Assembly (NCBI RefSeq): GCF_004010195.1
Contig: NC_057752.1
Coordinates: forward strand, 3,755,618 to 3,775,617
Reading direction: 5' to 3'
Source of the DNA: Chiloscyllium plagiosum
Taxonomy: Eukaryota
DNA length: 20,000 bases
Shown: piece after piece, positions 8,645 through 19,793 of the stretch
Layout of the letters: each line of letters starts with the position of its first letter
Position numbering within the stretch: the first letter of the stretch is position 1
The notes under the pieces: model-generated
What the model saw: only the letters and a program-made list of their open reading frames with translations
What the model was told of the DNA's origin: nothing
Databases searched by the model: none
Position numbers and translations under genes: made by a program

Positions 8645-10307
8645 GAGAACAGAGGGAGCTTTACTCTATATCTAACCCTGTGCTGTCCCTGTCCTGGTAG
8701 TGTTTGATGGGGAGACAGTGTAGAGAGAGCTTTACTCTATATCTAACCCTGTGCTGTGCCTGTCCTGGCAGTGTTTGATGGGGAGACAGTGTAGATGGAG
8801 CTTTACTCTGTATCAAACCCTGTGCTTTCCCTGTCCTGAGAGTGTTTGATGGGGACGGTGTAGAGGTAGCTTTACTCTATATCTAACCCCGTGCTGTCCC
8901 TGTCCTGGGAGTGTTTGATGGGGATAGTAAAGAGGGAGCTTTACTCTGTACCTAACCCTGTGCTGTCCCCGTCCCTGGCAGTGTTTGATGGGGGACAGTG
9001 TAAAGGGAGCTTTACTCTGTATCTAACCCCGTGTTCTACCTGTCCTGGGAGTGTTTGACAGGGACAGTGTCGAGGAAGCTTCACTCTGTATCTAACCCTG
9101 TGCTGTCCCTGTATCTAACCCCGTGCTTTCCCTGTCCTGTGAGTGTTTGATGGGGACGGTGTAGAGGTAGCTTTACTCTGTATCTAACCCTGTGCTGTCC
9201 CTGTCCTGTGAGTGTTTGATGGGGACGGTGTAGAGGCAGTTTACTCTGTATCTAACCCTGTGCTGTCCCTGTATCTAACCCTGTGCTTTCCCTGTATCTA
9301 ACCCCGTGCTTTCCCTGTCCTGAGAGTGTTTGATGGGGACGGTGTAGAGGAAGCTTTACTCTGTACCTAACCCTGTGCTGTCCCTGTATCTAGCCCCGTG
9401 CTTTCCCTGTCCTGAGAGTGTTTGATGGGGCCGGTGTAGAGGAAGCTTTACTCTGTACCTAACCCTGTGCTGTCCCTGTCCTGAGAGTGTTTGATGGGGA
9501 CGGTGTAGAGGAAGCTTTACTCTGTATCTAACCCTGTGCTGTCCCTGTCCTGAGAGTGTTTGATGGGTACGGTGTAGAGGAAGCTTTACTCTGTATCTAA
9601 CCCTGTGCTGTCCCTGTCCTGTGAGTGTTTGATGGGGACGGTGTAGAGGAAGCTTTACTCTGTATCTAACCCTGTGCTGTCCCTGTACCTAACCGTGTGC
9701 TTTCCCTGTATCTAACCCCGTGCTTTCCCTGTCCTGAGCGTGTTTGATGGGGACGGTGTAGAGGAAGCTTTACTCTGTACCTAACCCTGTGCTGCCCTGT
9801 CCTGAGAGTGTTTGATGGGGACGGTGTAGAGGAAGCTTTACTCTGTATCTAACTCTGTGCTGTCCCTGTATCTAACCCTGTGCTGTCCCTGTCCTGAGAG
9901 TGTTTGATGGGAACAACATAGACTGTCGGTTCAATTCCCATCACCGGCTGAGGCTACCATGAAGGACTCTCCTTCTCAACCTCTCTGGTCACCTGAGGTG
10001 TGGTTGCTCTCAGGTTAAACCACCACGAGCCATCTCTCTCTCATGACATAGCAGCCCTATGGTTTGGTAAAACTATGGCAACTTGACTTGGCCTAGGAGT
10101 GCGTTTGATGGGGGACAATAGAGAGAGCTTTACTCTGTATCTAACCCCGTGCTGTCCCCGTCCTGGGAATGTTTGATGGGGGATAGTGGAGAGGGAGCTT
10201 TACTCTGTATCTAACCCCGTGCTGTCACCGTCCTGGGAATGTTTGATGGGGGATAGTGGAGAGGGAGCTTTACTCTGTATCTAACCCCGTGCTGTCCCTG
10301 CTCCAGG
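8645..10307. repeat. Minisatellite, base unit ~69 bp (CTTTACTCTGTATCTAACCCYGTGCTGTCCCTGTCCTGRGAGTGTTTGATGGGGACRGTGTAGAGGRAG), about 19 units, interrupted at 9912-10092
   Basis: Unit starts at 8659, 8730, 8801, 8870, 8939, 9010, 9079, 9171, ~9240, 9354, 9446, 9515, 9584, 9653, 9768 and 9836, then 10128, 10198 and 10268. Confidence 0.97.
9925..10090 (+). mobile_element. 5'-truncated tRNA-derived SINE-like element (family unassigned) within the minisatellite
   Basis: B box GGTTCAATTCCC near 9928, several stem-loops, and a 3' (ACTTG)n tail at 10081-10090. Confidence 0.55.
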
Positions 10308-10309
10308 AA

Positions 10310-10600
10310 AATCTTCTGAAAATGCAAATACACTACATCCACTGAATCTACCTTATCAAAGCAGCATCAAAAACCCGTATAGGTTTTATAAAACATTATT
10401 TCCCCATCATAAACCCATGTTGACTTTATCCAATCTGTCAATTCTGTTCTCAATATTCAGTATTCAAATCATTTACAATAAATTCTAATCTCTTTCCTCC
10501 TGCTAATGTAAGGCGAACTGGTGCAGATCCTTATTCACCCAGCCCTGTTTTCTTTTATTAGCAATCCTTCAGTGTGCAGTCACCACTCAAGAACTGATAA
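10310..10600 (-). mobile_element. Highly decayed CR1 LINE RT fragment
   Basis: Reverse complement gives PVRLT..GK.LE, SQHGF and VDVVYL.FQK motifs in RT order. Confidence 0.6.
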
Positions 10601-11215
10601 CAATTTGAAGGGATGAAAACACGAGATTTCTGATATTGAGAAATCCTTATTCAATTTTGTCCGAGAGTTTTGAATGAGCAGTGACTCCCTTATTTCCTTG
10701 TATTTATTTGTCCTTATTAGTTAATCTCCCCTTATTGCTAGCAACCCCCACTCGATCCTCATCCCAAGATACAAGATGGCGCTGATTCTCGGCATGAAAG
10801 TCAGAGTGGTTACCTGGCAACAGCAGCTCACCATTTGCTTCTTCAGGCCTTCATTCAGCTCCGCCTTGACCTCCATTTCCCTGTCTGCTCCTCGGGCACC
10901 ACCCACTTTCACTCTTCATCCATGCAAATGGGAGCAGCACTAAACCAACAGCCTCATCACATCATCTTAGCTGCTGGCAGACCAACTCACGTACCACTTC
11001 AGCCCTTAAGGACTTCACTTTGGACACCAGGAGCAGATGTCCTGCAAGCTTCTTTCCAGTTCTCTTTGCACACAGGGACACATACACATGCATCTCATGC
11101 ATCACACACAGTGCATCTTCTGGCACTTTGCTCATCCACTTTACAATGACTTAGAGGCTGCCCGCATCTATCATTTGTTTCTTACCTCATTGGATCTTCA
11201 AGCGCAACTTCCAGT

Positions 11216-13455
11216 CAGCACTTCCTCCTCTGTAATATGGACATTTTTCAAGATGTCACCATCTATTTCCCTGCAATCTATACCTTCCATATCCTTTTCC
11301 ACAGTAAACACTGATGCAAAATACTTGTTTAGTATCTCCCCCATTTCCTGCGGCTCCACACAAAGGCCACCTTGCTGATCTTTGAGGGGCCCTATTCTCT
11401 CCCTAGTTACCCTTTTGTCCTTAATGTATTTGTAAAAACCATTTGGATTCTCCTTAACTCTATTTGCCAAAGCTCTCTCATGTCCCATTTTTGCCCTCCT
11501 GATTTCCCTCTTAAGAAAACTCTTACTGGCTTTATAAGGTTTCACCCAATCTATCCTTACATATGCTTCTTTTTTTTAACCAAGCCCTCAATTTCCTTCG
11601 TCATCCAGCATTCCTTATATTACCAGCCTTTCCTTTCACCCCAATGGGAATATACTGTCTCTGGATTCTTGTTATCGCATTTCTGAGTGCTTCCCATTTT
11701 CCAGCCGTCCCTTTACCTGCAAACATCTGCCCCCAGTCAGCTTTTGAAAGTTCTTGGCTTATACCATCAAAATTGGCCTTTCTCCAATTTAGAACTTCAA
11801 CTTTTAGATCTGGTCTATCCTTTTCCATCACTATTTTAAAACGAATAGAATTATGGTCGCTGGCCCCAAAGTGCTACCCCACTGACACCTTAGTCACCTG
11901 CCCTGCCTTATTTCCCAAGAGTAGGTCAAGTTTTGCACCTTCTCTAGTAGGTACATCCACATACTGAATCAGAAAATGTTCTTGGACACACTTAACAAAT
12001 TCCTCTCCATCTAAAGGTTTAGGGGTGACTTGATAGAGGTGTACAAGATGATTAGGGGTTTAGATAGGGTTGACCGTGAGAACCTTTTTCCACGTATGGA
12101 GTAAGGCGTTTGATAAGGTTCCCCATGGTAGGCTACTTCAAAAAATACGGAGGTATGGCATTGAGGGTGAGTTGGAGGTTTGGATTAGGAATTGGCTGGC
12201 TGGAAGAAGACAGAGGGTAGTAGTTGATGGTAAAGGTTCATCTTGGAGTGCAGTTACTAGTGGTGTTCCGCAAGGATCTGTTTTGGGACCATTGCTGTTT
12301 GTCATTTTTATAAATGACCTGGAGGAGGGGCTAGAAGGTTGGGTGAGCAAGTTTGCGATTAATACGAAAGTCGGAGGAGTTGTTGACAGTGAGGAAGATG
12401 TGGCAGGTTACAGCGGGATATAGATAAGCTGCAGAACTGGGCAGAAAGGTGGCAAATGGAGTTCAATGTAGCTAAGGTTGAGGTGATTCACTTTGGTAAG
12501 AGTAACAAAAAGATGGGATACTGGGCTAATGGTCGGATACTTGGTAGTGTGGATGAGCAGAAAGATCTTGGTGTCCATGTACACAAATCTTTGAAAGTTG
12601 CCACCCAGGTAAACAGTGCGGTGAGGAAGGCATATGGCGTACTGGCTTTTATTGGTAGAGGAATTGAGTTCCAGAGTCCTGAGGTCATGTTGCAGTTGTA
12701 TAAGACTCTAGTGCGGCGAACCTTTTTCCACAAATGGAGTCAGCTATTATGAGGGGGCATAGCTTTAAATTAAGGGGGAGTTGGTATAGGACAGATGTTA
12801 GGGGTAGGTTCTTTATTCAGCGAGTCGTGAGTTCATGGAATGCCCTGCCAGTAGCAGTGGTGGACTCTCCCTCTTTATGGGCATTGAAGCGGGCATTGGA
12901 TAGGCATATGGAGGATAGTGGGCTAGTGTAGGTTAGGTGGGCTTGGATCGGCGCAACATCGAGGGCCAAAGGGCCTGTACTGCGCTGTATTCTTATATGT
13001 TCTATGTTCTATAAACCCTTAACACTATGGCAGTCCCAGTCTATGTTTGGAAAGTTAAAATCCCCTACCATAACCACCCTATTATTCTTACAGATAACTG
13101 AGATCTCCTTACAAATTTGTTCCTCAATTTCCCACTGACTACTAGGGGGTCTCTAGTACAATCCCAATAAGGTGATCAGTTCCACCCAAATAACTTCCCT
13201 GGATGTATTTCTGGGAATACCCTCCCTTAGTACAGCTGTAATGCTCTCCCTTATCAAAAACACCACTCCCCCTCCTCTCTTGCCTCCCTTTCTATCCTTC
13301 CTGTAGCATTTGTATCCTGGAACATTAAGCTACCAATCCTGTCCATCCCTTAGCCACATTTCTGTAATTGCTATGATATCCCAGTCCCATGTTCCTAACC
13401 ATGCCCTGAGTTCATCTGTCTTCCCTGTTAGGCCTCTTGCATTGAAATAAATGTA
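11216..13455 (-). mobile_element. CR1/HER1 LINE ORF2 endonuclease/linker region, decayed and interrupted by a younger CR1 at 12016-13011
   Basis: Peptides VLNWRKANFDGISQELSKADW and LKREIRRAKMGHE..KENPNGFYKYIKDKR..IGPLKDQQG..EILNKYFASVFT. The host reads contiguously across ..ccatctaaa|cccttaacact.. once the insert is removed. Confidence 0.9.
12016..13011 (+). mobile_element. Nested, internally rearranged CR1 LINE (RT fragment plus 3' end)
   Basis: [28 protein letters not shown] and FFIQRVVSSWNALP peptides; (TATGTTC)n tail; taaa repeated at 12012-12015 and 13012-13015. Confidence 0.9.
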
Positions 13456-13697
13456 TTAGAGAAGTGAAGAGGAATTCTAAGATTTGTGGCCAATGAAAAA
13501 GGGAATTGCAAAGTCTTCTATCGGACTGAGATCAGATAAACCTCTTCTCTGAGTCTGCAGGCACCTGCCTTCATTGACTCATCACTCCAGTAAGGACTGG
13601 TCCCCTTTGACTTTCAGACATGGCTTTGTGTGCACTATTGCCACATAAGCCATTGGCACATGCTGCAGGTATGACCTCGACAGAGCCTGATGCAATA

Positions 13698-13930
13698 ACC
13701 CATTTCCCTCTGACTAATGCACCTAACACTATGACCAATTTAGCATGGTCAATCCACCTGACCTGCACATCTTTGGACTGTGGGAGGAAACCGGAACACC
13801 CGAAGGGAACCCACGCAGACACGAGGAGAATGTGCAAACTCCACACAGACAGTTGCCCAAGGCAAGAAACGAACCTGGGTCCCAGGCGCTGTGAGGCAGC
13901 GGTGCTAACCACTGAGCCACCGTGCCGCCC
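13698..13930 (-). mobile_element. HE1-type SINE, 3'-truncated
   Basis: Head rc GGGCGGCACGGTGGCTCAGTGGTTAGC..GGTTCGTTTC and V domain present; LINE-derived tail missing. Confidence 0.9.
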
Positions 13931-13933
13931 ATA

Positions 13934-15272
13934 AGTTGTTGGAGGGGATCCTGAGGGACAGGATGTACATGTATTTGGAAAGGCAAAGACTGATTAGGGA
14001 TAGCCAACATGGCTTTGTGCGTGGGAAATCATGTCTCACAAATCTGATTGAGTCTTTTGAAGAAGTAACAAAGAGGACTGATGAGGGCAGAGCAGTAGAC
14101 GTGATCTATATGGACTTCAATAAGGCGTTTGACAAGGTTCCCCATGGGAGACTGGTTAGCAAGGTTGGATCTCATGGAATACAGGGAGAACTAGCCATTT
14201 GGATACAGAACTGGCTCAAATGGAGAAGACAGAGGGTGTTGCTTTTCAGACTGGAGGCCTGTGACTAGTGGAGTGCCACAAGGATCGGTGCTGGGTCCAC
14301 TACTTTTCGGCATTTATATAAATGATTTGGATGTGAACACAGGAGGTATGGTTAGTAAGTTTGCAGATGACACCAAAATTGGAGGTGTAGTGGACAGCGA
14401 AGAAAGTTACCTCAGATTACAACAGGATCTGGACCAGATGGGCCAATGGGCTGAGGAGTGGCAGATGGAGTTTAATTTAGAAAAATGTGAGGTGCTGCAT
14501 TTTGGGAAAGCAAATCTTAGCAGGACTTATACACTTAATGATAAGGTCCTGGGGAGTGTTGATGAACAAAGAGACCTTGGAGTGCAGGTTCATAGCTCCT
14601 TGAAAGTAGAGTCACAGGTAAATAGGATAGTAAAGAAGGCGTTTGGTACGCTTTCCTTTATTGCTCGGAGTATTGAGTACAGGAGTTGGGAGGTCATGTT
14701 GTGGCTGTACAGGACATTGGTTAGGCCACTTTTGGAATATTGCGTACAATTCTGGTCTGCTTCCTATCCAAAGGATGTTGTGAAACTTGAAAGGGTTCAG
14801 AAAAGATTTACAAGAATGTTGCCAGGGTTGGAGGGTTTGAGCTGTAGGGAGAGGCTGGGGCTGTTTTCCCTGGAGCGTCGGAGGCTGAGGGGTGACCTTA
14901 TAGAGGTTTATAAAATCATGAGGAGCATGGATAGGATAAATAGAGAAAGTCTTCTCCCTGGGGTGGGAGAATCCTGAACTAGAGGTTTAGGGTGAGAGGG
15001 GAGAGATATAAAAGAGACCTAAGGGGCAACGTTTTCACGCAGAGGGTGGTACGTGTATGGAATGAGCTGCCAGAGGATGTGGTGGAGGCTGGTACAATTA
15101 CAGCATTTTAGAGGCATTTGGATGGGTATATGAATAGGAAGGGTTTGAAGGGATATGGGCCAGGAGCTGGCAGGTGGGACTAGATTGTGTTGGGATATCT
15201 GGTCAGCATGGATGGGTTGGACCGAAGGGTCTGTTTCTGTGCTGGACATCTGTACGACTCTCTGACTCTATG
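13934..15272 (+). mobile_element. CR1/HER1 LINE, 5'-truncated; reverse transcriptase remnant plus 3' UTR
   Basis: [48 protein letters not shown] and RRLRGDLIEVYK motifs, with a frameshift near 14240 and a premature stop at 14977. (GACTCT) tail. Confidence 0.95.
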
Positions 15273-16151
15273 TATTTTCAGCTCCCCTCTTGTCATGATC
15301 TAACCAAGAAAAGTGTATTAATAATCTTGCCCCACTGTTGTATACTTTGTGACAACTTTTGGACATGTATAAAAATCTCAATGAGACCACCAAAAGTCCA
15401 ATTTGACTGGCTGCTACCAAGAACAAAATTCATCTCCATAATCTGTTAAGAATTTTGTTGGTGAACAAACCCTGTGCCAAACCACTTTCCATGACTGTTT
15501 CCATTATACTTCATCTGCCCTTGTTGTTTCTCACCATGAATATGCCAAACTTGATCACATATCTCCAAAATGCAGTAGAAAGATATCCTTACCTTTGTGC
15601 TACATTTTCAAAACCGCTGCTACCATCTCGTTAAATTCTCAGGCTCAAGGAATACAACTAAGCATGGTGGTGTCTTTTGACATTTAATCACATTGTGATG
15701 TAATCGGTTCAATAAAGAATTTGTATGCTTTGTCCAGAACTCTGGCATTCATTAACAGTAGATTTAATTTTTGCAAGAAGGGATGAGCAAATTACTTTTG
15801 CAATTTCCAGTTAATCCAGACTCCTATCCGGAAAGGTCAATAGTGCTTCTTGAGCCACGGTGAAATACATGATATCCACAACGCAACACAATAATGTCTG
15901 GGGGATCCTGTGAGTTGCAAGTTTACCACGATACTGAACACAAATGATATATCATTCTCTTTGTCCAAATACAATGGTATGTCACAATGGATGACATCAG
16001 TGCCTGTGAAATGACGCAGATCTTGTAATTTCACCAGGGAGAACTACTCTCTTTAAGGAAGGAAACAAATTATAGTCCCTGAATGGAATGTACATAAAGC
16101 TTACATATTCTTTGCACCTATTTTTGACGACTTCTCCAGATTTCCAAATGA

Positions 16152-16718
16152 CACCTCCGTTCTGTCCATAAAAATGACCCGAAGCTTCCAGTTGCCTGCC
16201 AGTTCAGCACATCACCATGTTCCCGTGCCAACATTTCTGTCTCAGGCCTCCAGCAAGGCTCAACGCAAGCCTCAGCTTACATCCAGAACCTCATCTTCCA
16301 CTTGGGGCATTACGTCTTTCAGGACTCAATATCGAGTTTCATCATTTTGGGAGCATGACCGTCTACTCCCATGTGCTTGATTACCCACCCCTCACTCCAG
16401 ATCCTGTCATGAACGTGGGTGGCTTTCAGTCCAGCCAATTCATTTTCACTCACTCATCGCCCCCATTATCACCTATTGAGCTTCTCTGTTTTTTGATGGC
16501 TTCAATCTCTTTGACTCCCTGACTTCATTCGTTTCTCTTACTCTGGTCTATGACTCCACCTCTCCGCTCACTTCTTCCCCCCCACTTTGTAAATCCTTCT
16601 TTTTTCCGAACTGCTATCAGTTCTGTAAGAAGGGTCAGTGGACTCAAAATGTTAACTCTGCATTCTCTCCACAGATGTTGCCAGACCCATTGAGTTTCTC
16701 CAGCAATTTCTGTTTTTG
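16152..16718 (+). mobile_element. Penelope-like element 3' part: GIY-YIG endonuclease C-terminal remnant plus pLTR end
   Basis: Peptides HLRSVHKNDPKLPVACQFSTSPCSRANISVSGL, QNLIFHLG and SGLNIEF match vertebrate PLE endonuclease ends. A pyrimidine-rich UTR follows, with a degenerate hammerhead-like motif at 16623-16653. Confidence 0.85.
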
Positions 16719-16775
16719 GATATTTAGAGACACACCAGACACATCTATCAGTGGATTTCTGGGATTTATTCATTG

Positions 16776-16829
16776 TCAGAGCTGAAAATGTGTTGCTGGA
16801 AAAGTGCAGCAGGTCAGGCAGCATCCAAG
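16776..16829 (-). mobile_element. Short PLE terminus fragment
   Basis: Near-identical to 19825-19878. Confidence 0.8.
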
Positions 16830-17237
16830 TCACCCCAATCCTGCATTTCCACCTGATTAAGAAATCTATAAAAGGTATAACAACTCTGTGAACATTTTAC
16901 AGCTCTTTCATTCCTGTATCACTGCAGAACTCTGAACATTTCTTGTGAAGTCAGCTGGAAACGATCATCTCCTGAAAAGTTTTTTTTCAGAGCAGTAGCC
17001 ATTTGTCCAAAAAGAGAGTGATTACCATGAAACTGAACATCCATCAAAGTCAAAGTTTATCCACCTCCAAGATTTGTGTGCAATCTCATGGTTTAAAAGA
17101 CAATACAGTCTCTGGAGTTTCTAGACTGAATTTCTCAAACTTGATTATGTTTTCTTCTGTGGACTGACTGTCCACCCTCTTAAATTTATCAAATTTACCA
17201 CACCTCATAGGCCCAAGTTAGCCTTTTCGTAAACGTC

Positions 17238-17372
17238 CCTCATTCCTGATGAAGAGCTTTTGCCCGAAACGTCAATTCTCCTGCTCCTCAAATCCTGCCT
17301 GACCTGCTGAGATTTTCCAGTACCACACTATTTGACTCTGATACCCCAGCATCTGCAGTGCTCACTTTCTCC
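17238..17372 (+). mobile_element. Solo PLE terminus insertion
   Basis: Homologous to 949-1082. Flanked by the degenerate direct repeat ccttttcgtaaac (17222-17234) / cctcttcataaac (17371-17383). Confidence 0.8.
17246..17273 (+). ncRNA. Minimal hammerhead ribozyme motif (PLE type)
   Basis: CTGATGA-A-GAGC-TTTT-GCCC-GAAA-C-GTC: canonical CUGAUGA, GAAA and GUC, with one mismatch in helix II. Confidence 0.65.
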
Positions 17373-17655
17373 TCTTCATAAACTTAAATCGCAGTAAAAT
17401 CTCCAATCCTTCTTTGGTGTCGAAGTTTGTTACACCCAGTTCTGAAATTACTTTATTTCTAACTTTACTCCTTCCTGGTAAGGATAAAGCCAATGCCATG
17501 ACCTGGTTCTTCTTGGTTCGAGAACAGACCCAAGTTCACATCTCCACTTATTCTTCCATGCTCATATGGCTCCAATTCTGAAACACCAGGGGATTTCAGA
17601 ACTTCAGAACTCACTTACAGTGAGACCCTACCATTTCACTTCAAAACACTCAACA

Positions 17656-17962
17656 GCTGGTACGATGGCTCAATGGTTAGCACTGCTTCCTCATAGCAAT
17701 AGGGGCCTGGGTTCAATTCCACCCTCGGGTGACTGGCTGTGTGGAGGTTGCACATTCTCCCAGTGTCTGTGTAAGTTTCCTCCCACACACGTACAGGTTA
17801 GGATGGATTGGCCATGCTAAATTGTCCCTAGCGTCTAGGGATATGTAGGTTAGATTGATCATCCTTGGGAAATGCAGGGATGACTCAGGGTGGGATACTC
17901 TTCAAAGTTGGTGTGGACTTGTTAGGTCAAATGGCCCGTTTCCACACTGTCGGGATTCTATG
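17656..17962 (+). mobile_element. Older HE1-type SINE
   Basis: A box TGGCTCAATGG, B box GGTTCAATTCC, V domain, tail TTTCCACACTGT.GGGATTCTATGA. Confidence 0.88.
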
Positions 17963-18049
17963 AAAGCTACCGGGAGCTTTGATCCTGTCAGAAAAGGAAC
18001 TATCTTTTGCTTTCTTTATCTTCTCACCCAAAGAGTTCAAGATTAATCA

Positions 18050-19793
18050 GGGAGGTAATGGTCTAGTGATCCTATTGCTAGACTATTAATCCATTTGCTC
18101 AACTAATGTTCTGAGGACCTGGATTTGAATCCCGTCATGGTAGATAGTGGGAGTTTAATTCAATTTTTTTTTAAAATCTGGAATTAAGAATCTAAGACCA
18201 AGAAACCGCTGTCAATTGTTGGAAAAACCCACCTGGCTCACTAATGCCCTTCAGGGAAGCAAAACTGCCATCCTTACCTGGTCTGGCCTACATGTGACTC
18301 CAGACCCACAGCAATGTGGTTAACTCTCAACTGCCCTCTGAAATGGCCTAGCAAGCCACTCAGTCATATCATTCATTACAAACTCCCAAAGAAATGAAAC
18401 CAGATGGATCACCTGGCATTGATCTAGGCACTGGCAAAGACAGCGGCAGAAACAGCCCCGTTGATCTTGCCAACACCTGGGGACAAGTGCCAAAATTGTG
18501 AGAGCTGTCTCATAGACGAGTCAAGCAACAGCCTGGCATAGTCATACTCACGGAATCATACCTTACAGACAATATCACAGACACCACCATCACCATCCCT
18601 GGATGTGTCCTGTCCCACCGGCAGGACAGACCCAGCAGAGGTAGTGGCACAGTGGGATACAGTCAGAAGGGAGTTACCCTGGGAATCCTCAACATTGACT
18701 CCAGACCCCATGAAGCCTGATGGCTTCAGGTTAAAGATGGGCAAGGAAATCTACTGATAACCATGTACCATCCTCCCTCGGCTGATGAATCGGTACTCCT
18801 CCACGAACCACACTTGGAGGAAGGACTGAGTGTGGCAAAGGCACAAAATGTACTCTGGGTGGGGGGGGTTTCAATATCTACCCTGGGTCTGCAGCAGGTG
18901 GTGAAGGAACCAACAGGAGGGAAGAACATATTTCACCTCATCCTTAGCATTCTGCCAGCTACAGATACATTTGTCTATGACAATATTAGTCAGAGTGACC
19001 ACCGCAGAGTCCTTATGGCAACAAAGTCCCACCTTCACATTGAGAATAACCTCCATCCTGTTGTGTGGCACTATCACTGTGTGCAATGGGACAGACTTCA
19101 AACAGATCTAGCAACTCAAGACTGGGAATCTATGAGGCACTGCAGGCAATTAACAGCAGCAGAATTGTACTCCAATCTATAACCTCATGTCCTGGCATAT
19201 CCCCCACTCAACCATTACCGTCAAGCCAGGGGATCAACCCTGGTTCAATGGAAAGTGTGGGAGGGCATGCCAGGAGCAGCACCAGGTGTACCTGAGGTTG
19301 AGGTGTCAACCTGGTGAAGCTACCAAACAGGACTACTTGCAAGCCAAACAGCATAAGCAGCAAGTGATGGACAGAGCTAAGCAATCCCACAACCAACAGA
19401 TCAGATCTAAGCTCTGCAGTCCTGCCACATCCAGTCGTGAATGGTGGTGGACAATTAAACAACTCACTGGAGGAGGCGGCTCCACAAATATCCCCATCCT
19501 CAATGATGAAAGAGCCCAACACAGCAGTGCAAATGATAAGGCTGAGGCTTTCACAGCAATCTTCAGCCAGAAGTGCTGAGTGGATGATCCATCTCAGCCC
19601 CCTCCCGTGGTCCCCAACATCACAGATACCAGTCTTCAGCCAATCTGATTCACTCCACATGATACCAAGAAACAGTTGGAGACACTGGATACTGCAAGGG
19701 CTAAGGGCCCTGACAACATTCCAGCAAGTGTACTGAAGGCTTGTGCTCCCAACCTTGCCGCTCCCTTAGCCAAGCTGGTCCAGTTCAGTTACA
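18050..19793 (+). mobile_element. CR1-group non-LTR retrotransposon 5' part: tRNA-like head, AP endonuclease and start of RT (decayed)
   Basis: Peptides IVILTESYL, DRPSRGSG, YHPPS, QVVKEPT.GKNI, SDHRRVL, PWFN and GPDNIPASVLKACAPNLAAPLAKL, with multiple frameshifts and stops. Interrupted at 19794 by a PLE. Confidence 0.85.

Noticed and set aside
8645..10307. CRISPR-like array
   Set aside because: Units are repeated end to end with no unique spacers, there are no cas genes, and the context is vertebrate.
10700..11200. Overlapping ORFs of 63-113 aa
   Set aside because: No recognisable domain or convincing exon boundaries; possibly an old unclassified repeat.
13571..14010. ORFs spanning SINEs (also 1330-1608, 4334-4657 and 8149-8533)
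   Set aside because: Translations of HE1 SINE sequence, a common source of spurious hypothetical proteins.
14261..14977. Functional reverse transcriptase gene
   Set aside because: 5'-truncated, frameshifted near 14240 and prematurely stopped; a dead CR1 copy.
15825..16003. RING-like (LRCGYHVFH) or integrin-like (IHCDIP) peptides on the minus strand
   Set aside because: Short matches in different frames, lacking the remaining conserved residues and bounded by nearby stops.
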